DNA of 32,599 nucleotides from a virus (Duplodnaviria; Heunggongvirae; Uroviricota; Caudoviricetes): IMG/VR virus record IMGVR_UViG_2713896897_000010, positions 1 to 32,599 of that record; one strand, 5' to 3'. Shown piece by piece: positions 27,089 to 32,599 of this stretch (position 1 is its first letter; each line of letters starts with the position of its first letter). The notes under the pieces were generated by a model. It saw only the letters and a program-made list of their open reading frames with translations, ran no database searches and was not told where the DNA came from. The position numbers and the translations under genes were made by a program.

Positions 27089-28024
27089 TTGCAGGCTTCT
27101 ATTGATAATCATCAGCAGGGGTATGACATTCAGATCGCTGGTTATGGACTTGGCGATAAAAATCAGCAACGTCAGCAGGAATTACTGCGGATTGAACGTG
27201 AATATAACAACCGGCGTCTGCAACTTGAACGTGACTATGCGGATAAATCTCGTGGAATGTCTGAACGTGTTTTTCAGGAAAAAATACAGGCCCTGAATGA
27301 TGCTGTGGAGCGGGAAAAAGAAATTATCAGGCAGAAAAATGAGCAGCTCGATATTCAGGCTGGAGACTGGGTAAGTGGGGCGTCCCAAGGATTCAATAAC
27401 TGGTTGGATAACACTAAGGATATCAGCGGGCAGATAAAATCAACCACGACTCAGATGTTTGATGGGATGACAGATGCGCTTGGTGATTTTGTCACGACAG
27501 GTAAGGCAAATTTTCGTTCTTTCGCTACCTCCGTGATTTCAGATCTTAGCAGAATAGCATTAAAGGCTTCAATTACCGGGATTTTCGACAGCATTAGCAA
27601 CAGTTCTTCTGGGGGAATTTTAGGAACTATCGGAAGTGCTGTTAGTAAATTTATTCCTAATGCAAAGGGCGGTATTTATGAGTCTCCATCATTGAGTACA
27701 TATTCAAACGGTATTTATGATTCCCCGCAATTTTTTGCTTTTGCAAAAGGTGCTGGTGTTTTTGGTGAGGCTGGACCGGAAGCTATTATGCCATTAACAC
27801 GAACTTCCGATGGTTCTCTTGGTGTCAGGGCGATTAATAATAAAGACGGTAATGGAGGCGGAGACATTAATTACTCTCCTGTATATCAAATTACTATCAA
27901 AAATGACGGACAGAATGGAGAGATTGGCCCTCAGGCAATTAGAACACTTATGGGAATGGTTGATCAGCGAGTGCAGGGCACTCTGTTAAATATGCGACGT
28001 GATGGAGGAATATTAAGTGGCTGA
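27089..28024 (+). CDS. Tail tape measure protein, C-terminal part in -1 frame (frame open from 27035)
   Basis: 311-aa ORF with coiled-coil N-terminus continuing the TMP; lambda order has no gene between H and M. Confidence 0.6.
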   Translation: MQASIDNHQQGYDIQIAGYGLGDKNQQRQQELLRIEREYNNRRLQLERDYADKSRGMSERVFQEKIQALNDAVEREKEIIRQKNEQLDIQAGDWVSGASQGFNNWLDNTKDISGQIKSTTTQMFDGMTDALGDFVTTGKANFRSFATSVISDLSRIALKASITGIFDSISNSSSGGILGTIGSAVSKFIPNAKGGIYESPSLSTYSNGIYDSPQFFAFAKGAGVFGEAGPEAIMPLTRTSDGSLGVRAINNKDGNGGGDINYSPVYQITIKNDGQNGEIGPQAIRTLMGMVDQRVQGTLLNMRRDGGILSG

Positions 28025-28349
28025 AGAATTCCACTGGTTACCAGAGGATGGAATGAAAACAGAAAATAAACCATCGATAAAAACTGTAAGATTTGGCGAT
28101 GGTTATGAGCAACGAAGTCCAAATGGACTTAATCATGCTCTACGTGTTTTCACCTGTGATTTCAAGGTTGAGGCGAATGAACGTGATTCATTCGAAAATT
28201 TTTTAGCACGGCATGAAGGCTATAAATCTTTTTTTTGGCGTCCACCGGGTGTTAACAGAAAAATCAGAGTGGTGTGTCGAACGTGGTCAGCTACAGAACA
28301 TATCACCTATACCGATTTTTCGTGTCAGTTTGATGAAGTGGTGATCTGA
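28017..28349 (+). CDS. M: Minor tail protein M (lambda gpM-like); possible start at Met 28053
   Basis: KTVRFGDGYEQRSPNGLNHAL...FFWRPP closely matches lambda M as I recall it. Confidence 0.85.
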   Translation: MAEEFHWLPEDGMKTENKPSIKTVRFGDGYEQRSPNGLNHALRVFTCDFKVEANERDSFENFLARHEGYKSFFWRPPGVNRKIRVVCRTWSATEHITYTDFSCQFDEVVI

Positions 28350-29047
28350 TGCAGGATATCCGGCAGGAAACACTGAATGAGTGTACAAAAGCGGAGCAAT
28401 CCGCGCTGGTCGTGCTCTGGGAAGTCGATCTGACAGAGGTCGGCGGAGAGCGTTATTTTTTCTGTAATGAGCAGAACGAAAAAGGCGAACCAGTCACCTG
28501 GCAGGGGCGGCAGTATCAGGCCTATCCAATTCAGGGGACGGGATTTGAACTGAACGGCAAGGGCAGTGCTGCCCGTCCGACACTGACTGTGTCTAACCTT
28601 TACGGCCTGATCACCGGGATGGTGGAAGATTTGCAGAGTCTGGTCGGCGGAACGGTGGTCAGGCGTAAGGTTTACGCCCGTTTTCTGGATGCGGTGAACT
28701 TCGTCAACGGAAACATCGAGGCAGACCCGGAGCAGGAGGCGATCAGCCGCTGGCGCATCGAGCAGTGCAGCGAACTGAGCGCAGTCAGTGCCTCTTTTGT
28801 ACTGGCCACGCCGACGGAAACGGATGGCGCTGTTTTTCCGGGGCGCACCATGCTGGCCAACACCTGTACCTGGACCTATCGCGGTGATGAGTGCGGTTAT
28901 CACGGTCCGGCGGTCGCGGATGAATATGACCAGCCGACATCCGATATCACGAAGGATAAATGCAGCAAATGCCTGAGTGGCTGTAAGTTTCGCAATAACC
29001 TCGGCAACTTTGGCGGTTACCTTTCCATCAACAAACTTTCGCAGTAA
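28349..29047 (+). CDS. L: Minor tail protein L (lambda gpL-like)
   Basis: MQDIRQETLNECTKAEQSALVVLWEVDLTEVGGERYFFCNEQNEKGEPVTWQGRQYQ... near-identical to lambda L as I recall it. Confidence 0.9.
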   Translation: MQDIRQETLNECTKAEQSALVVLWEVDLTEVGGERYFFCNEQNEKGEPVTWQGRQYQAYPIQGTGFELNGKGSAARPTLTVSNLYGLITGMVEDLQSLVGGTVVRRKVYARFLDAVNFVNGNIEADPEQEAISRWRIEQCSELSAVSASFVLATPTETDGAVFPGRTMLANTCTWTYRGDECGYHGPAVADEYDQPTSDITKDKCSKCLSGCKFRNNLGNFGGYLSINKLSQ

Positions 29048-29051
29048 ATCC

Positions 29052-29795
29052 ATGACACAGACAGATTCAGCGATTCTGGCGCACGCCCGGCGATGTGCGC
29101 CAGCGGAGTCGTGCGGCTTCGTGGTGAGAACGCCTGAGGGGGAAAGATATATTCCCTGCGTGAATATCTCCGGTGAGCCGGAGGAGTATTTCAGGCTGTC
29201 GCCGGAGGACTGGCTGCAGGCAGAAATGCAGGGTGAGATTGTGGCGCTGGTCCACAGCCACCCCGGTGGCCTGCCCTGGCTGAGTGAGGCTGACCGGCGG
29301 CTGCAGGTGCAGAGTGATTTGCCATGGTGGCTGGTCTGCCGGGGGGCGATTCACAAGTTCCGCTGTGTGCCACATCTTACCGGGCGGCGCTTTGAACACG
29401 GGGTGACGGACTGTTACACGCTGTTCCGGGACGCTTACCATCTGGCGGGAATTGAGATGCCGGATTTTCATCGTGAGGATGACTGGTGGCGTAACGGCCA
29501 GAATCTCTATCTGGATAATCTGGAGGCCACAGGGCTGTATCAGGTGCCGTTGTCAGCGGCGCAGCCGGGCGATGTGCTGCTGTGCTGTTTTGGTTCATCG
29601 GTGCCGAATCATGCCGCCATTTACTGTGGTGACGGCGAGCTGCTGCACCATATTCCTGAACAACTGAGCAAACGAGAGAGGTATACCGACAAATGGCAGC
29701 GACGCACACACTCCCTCTGGCGTCATCGGGCATGGCACGCATCTGCCTTTACGGGGATTTACAACGATTTGGCCGGCGCATCGACCTTCGTGTGA
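29052..29795 (+). CDS. K: Tail assembly protein K (lambda gpK-like, NlpC/P60 + JAB/MPN)
   Basis: MTQTDSAILAHARRCAPAESCGFVV...ALVHSHPGG... near-identical to lambda K as I recall it. Confidence 0.9.
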   Translation: MTQTDSAILAHARRCAPAESCGFVVRTPEGERYIPCVNISGEPEEYFRLSPEDWLQAEMQGEIVALVHSHPGGLPWLSEADRRLQVQSDLPWWLVCRGAIHKFRCVPHLTGRRFEHGVTDCYTLFRDAYHLAGIEMPDFHREDDWWRNGQNLYLDNLEATGLYQVPLSAAQPGDVLLCCFGSSVPNHAAIYCGDGELLHHIPEQLSKRERYTDKWQRRTHSLWRHRAWHASAFTGIYNDLAGASTFV

Positions 29796-30340
29796 AAACG
29801 GGGGCTGAAGCCATCCGGGCACTGGCCACACAGCTCCCGGCGTTTCGTCAGAAACTGAGCGACGGCTGGTATCAGGTACGCATTGCCGGGCGTGATGCAG
29901 GTGAAACTGAATTATCAGCCCGTCTTAATGAACCGCTGGCAAATGGTGCCGTGATCCACATTGTGCCGCGTCTGGCGGGAGCCAAAAGTGGCGGTCTTTT
30001 TCAGGCGGTGCTGGGGGCGGCGCTGATTGCGGTGGCATGGTGGAACCCCGCAGGTTGGTTGGGGGCTGCCGCAATTACAGGAATGTATGGTGCGGGGGCC
30101 AGTATGATCCTTGGCGGTGTGGCCCAGATGCTGGCCCCTAAACCCAGAACTCCCCGCACACAGACAACGGATAACGGTAAGCAGAACACGTATTTCTCGT
30201 CACTGGACAACATGGTTGCCCAGGGCAATGTTCTGCCTGTTCTGTACGGTGAAATGCGCGTGGGGTCACGGGTGGTTTCTCAGGAGATCAGCACGGCAGA
30301 CGAGGGGGATGGTGGTCAGGTTGTGGTGATTGGTCGCTGA
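29693..30340 (+). CDS. I: Tail assembly protein I (lambda gpI-like)
   Basis: MAATHTLPLASSGMARICLYGDLQRFGRRIDLRVKTGAEAIRALATQLPAFRQKLSDGWYQVRIAG... matches lambda I. Confidence 0.9.
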   Translation: MAATHTLPLASSGMARICLYGDLQRFGRRIDLRVKTGAEAIRALATQLPAFRQKLSDGWYQVRIAGRDAGETELSARLNEPLANGAVIHIVPRLAGAKSGGLFQAVLGAALIAVAWWNPAGWLGAAAITGMYGAGASMILGGVAQMLAPKPRTPRTQTTDNGKQNTYFSSLDNMVAQGNVLPVLYGEMRVGSRVVSQEISTADEGDGGQVVVIGR

Positions 30341-30400
30341 TGGAACATGTTTTATGTGAAACCGCCTGCGGGCGGTTTTGTCGTTTATGGAGCATGAGGA

Positions 30401-32599
30401 ATGGGTAAAGGCAGCAGTAAGGGGCATACCCCGCGCGAAGCGAAGGACAACCTGAAATCATCCCAGCTGCTGAGCGTGATAGACGCCATCAGTGAAGGGC
30501 CGATTGAAGGTCCGGTGGATGGATTGAAAAGTGTGCTGCTGAACAGTACGCCAGTGCTGGACAGTGAGGGGAATACCAATATCTCCGGTGTCACGGTGGT
30601 GTTCCGGGCAGGTGAGCAGGAGCAGACACCGCCGGAGGGATTTGAATCCTCCGGCTCCGAGACGGTGCTGGGTACGGAGGTGAAGTACGACACGCCGATT
30701 ACCCGGACCATCACGTCGGCAAACATCGACCGTCTGCGCCTGACCTTCGGTGTGCAGGCACTGGTGGAAACCACTTCAAAGGGGGACCGGAATCCGTCGG
30801 AAGTTCGCCTGCTGGTTCAGATACAACGTAATGGTGGCTGGGTGACGGAAAAAGACATCACCATTAAGGGCAAAACCACCTCACAGTATCTGGCCTCGGT
30901 GGTGGTGGATAACCTGCCGCCGCGACCGTTCAATATCAGGATGCGCAGGCTGACGCCGGACAGCACCACAGACCAGCTGCAGAACAAAACGCTCTGGTCG
31001 TCATACACCGAAATCATCGATGTGAAGCAGTGCTACCCGAACACGGCACTGGTCGGCGTGCAGGTGGACTCTGAGCAGTTCGGCAGCCAGCAGGTGAGCC
31101 GTAATTATCATCTGCGCGGGCGCATTCTGCAGGTGCCGTCGAACTATAACCCGCAGACGCGGCAATACAGCGGTATCTGGGACGGAACGTTCAGGCCAGC
31201 GTACAGCGACAACATGGCCTGGTGTCTGTGGGATATGCTGACCCACCCGCGCTACGGTATGGGGAAACGTCTTGGTGCGGCGGATGTGGATAAATGGGCG
31301 TTGTATGCCATCGGTCGGTACTGCGACCAGTCGGTACCGGATGGCTCTGGCGGCACGGAGCCGCGCATCACCTGTAATGCGTACCTGGCCACGCAGCGCC
31401 GGGCGTGGGATGTGCTCAGTGATTTCTGCTCGGCGATGCGCTGTATGCCGGTATGGAACGGGCAGACGCTGACGTTCGTGCAGGACCGACCGTCGGATAA
31501 GGTGTGGACCTATAACCGCAGTAATGTGGTGATGCCGGATGATGGCGCGCCGTTCCGCTACAGCTTCAGCGCCCTGAAGGACCGCCATAATGCTGTGGAG
31601 GTGAACTGGATTGACCCGGACAACGGCTGGGAGACGGCGACAGAGCTGGTTGAAGACACGCAGGCCATTGCCCGTTACGGTCGTAATGTCACGAAGATGG
31701 ATGCCTTTGGCTGTACCAGCCGGGGGCAGGCACACCGAGCCGGGCTGTGGCTGATTAAAACAGAACTGCTGGAAACGCAGACCGTGGATTTCAGCGTGGG
31801 TGCAGAAGGGCTTCGCCATGTACCGGGTGATGTTGTTGAAATCTGCGATGATGACTATGCCGGTATCAGCACCGGCGGGCGCGTACTGGCGGTGAACAGC
31901 CAGACCCGGACGCTGACGCTCGACCGTGAAATCACGCTGCCATCCTCCGGTACCACGCTGATAAGCCTGGTTGACGGAAGTGGCAATCCGGTCAGCGTGG
32001 AGGTCCAGTCCGTCACCGACGGCGTGCAGGTGAAAGTGAACCGTATCCCTGACGGCGTTGCCGGATACAGCGTGTGGGGGCTGAAGCTGCCGACGCTGCG
32101 CCAGCGCCTGTTCCGCTGCGTGAGTATCCGTGAGAACGACGACGGCACGTATGCCATCACCGCCGTGCAGCATGTGCCGGAGAAAGAGGCCATCGTGGAT
32201 AACGGGGCGCACTTTGACGGCGACCAGAGCGGCACGGTGAATGGTGTCACGCCGCCAGCAGTGCAGCACCTGACCGCAGAAGTCTCCGCAGACAGCGGGG
32301 AGTATCAGGTACTGGCCCGCTGGGACACGCCGAAGGTGGTGAAGGGGGTGAGCTTTATGCTTCGTCTGACCGTGGCAGCAGATGACGGCAGTGAGCGGCT
32401 GATCAGCACGGCCCGGACGACGGAAACCGAATATCGTTTCAGGCAACTGGCGCCGGGGAACTACAGGCTGACAGTCCGGGCGGTAAATGCGTGGGGACAG
32501 CATGGCGACCCGGCGTCGGTATCGTTCAGGATTGCCGCACCGGCAGCGCCGTCACAGATTGAGCTGACGCCGGGCTATTTTCAGATAACCGCCACGCCG
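30401..32599 (+). CDS. J: Host specificity / central tail fibre protein J (lambda gpJ-like), 5' portion; runs off window end
   Basis: MGKGSSKGHTPREAKDNLKSSQLLSVIDAISEGPIEGPVDGLKSVLLNSTPVLD... near-identical to lambda J N-terminus; frame open to 32599. Confidence 0.9.
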   Translation, partial: MGKGSSKGHTPREAKDNLKSSQLLSVIDAISEGPIEGPVDGLKSVLLNSTPVLDSEGNTNISGVTVVFRAGEQEQTPPEGFESSGSETVLGTEVKYDTPITRTITSANIDRLRLTFGVQALVETTSKGDRNPSEVRLLVQIQRNGGWVTEKDITIKGKTTSQYLASVVVDNLPPRPFNIRMRRLTPDSTTDQLQNKTLWSSYTEIIDVKQCYPNTALVGVQVDSEQFGSQQVSRNYHLRGRILQVPSNYNPQTRQYSGIWDGTFRPAYSDNMAWCLWDMLTHPRYGMGKRLGAADVDKWALYAIGRYCDQSVPDGSGGTEPRITCNAYLATQRRAWDVLSDFCSAMRCMPVWNGQTLTFVQDRPSDKVWTYNRSNVVMPDDGAPFRYSFSALKDRHNAVEVNWIDPDNGWETATELVEDTQAIARYGRNVTKMDAFGCTSRGQAHRAGLWLIKTELLETQTVDFSVGAEGLRHVPGDVVEICDDDYAGISTGGRVLAVNSQTRTLTLDREITLPSSGTTLISLVDGSGNPVSVEVQSVTDGVQVKVNRIPDGVAGYSVWGLKLPTLRQRLFRCVSIRENDDGTYAITAVQHVPEKEAIVDNGAHFDGDQSGTVNGVTPPAVQHLTAEVSADSGEYQVLARWDTPKVVKGVSFMLRLTVAADDGSERLISTARTTETEYRFRQLAPGNYRLTVRAVNAWGQHGDPASVSFRIAAPAAPSQIELTPGYFQITATP

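Noticed and set aside
28325-29053. 242-aa minus-strand ORF
   Set aside because: Antisense to the lambda L-like gene, which is near-identical to gpL on the plus strand.
31001-32503. 500-aa minus-strand ORF
   Set aside because: Antisense to the lambda J-like gene, whose plus-strand translation matches gpJ almost residue for residue; the ORF is Arg/Pro/His-rich with no motifs, typical of a spurious antisense frame in GC-rich coding DNA.
1-32599. CRISPR arrays, rRNA genes, IS elements
   Set aside because: No regularly spaced direct repeats, no rRNA-like conserved segments and no transposase-like ORFs or terminal inverted repeats were seen.

Overview
This 32.6 kb window is a decayed, mosaic lambdoid prophage segment of enterobacterial (E. 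coli-like) type. Left to right: an integrase interrupted by an in-frame TAG, excisionase, Lar/RalR, a RecT-like annealase and a RecE-like exonuclease, all on the minus strand (Rac-like early-left operon). Near 5825 the 5'-truncated recE frame abuts the 3' part of a plus-strand DUF551 gene, and no repressor, N or replication genes are present, so the immunity/replication region appears deleted. Next come two small hydrophobic-peptide ORFs, a hok/sok-type toxin locus, nin-like genes including a frameshifted YbcO-like gene, a Q-like antiterminator, three intrinsic terminators, and the lysis cassette (holin, lambda R-like endolysin, Rz/Rz1 spanins). A ParB-like gene and a GT-A-like glycosyltransferase gene sit between lysis and packaging. 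The packaging/head module follows: small terminase, a large terminase carrying a P-loop intein whose interior encodes an HNH endonuclease on the opposite strand, portal, Mu F-like head protein, scaffold and major capsid. The tail module is lambda-like: major tail, G/GT chaperone with an A_AAA_AAG slippery site, a split tape-measure gene, M, L, K, I and the first 2.2 kb of J. No rRNA, tRNA or CRISPR array was seen. All calls come from reading the ORF translations and sequence by eye; no database search was run, and family names rest on remembered motifs and homologs.
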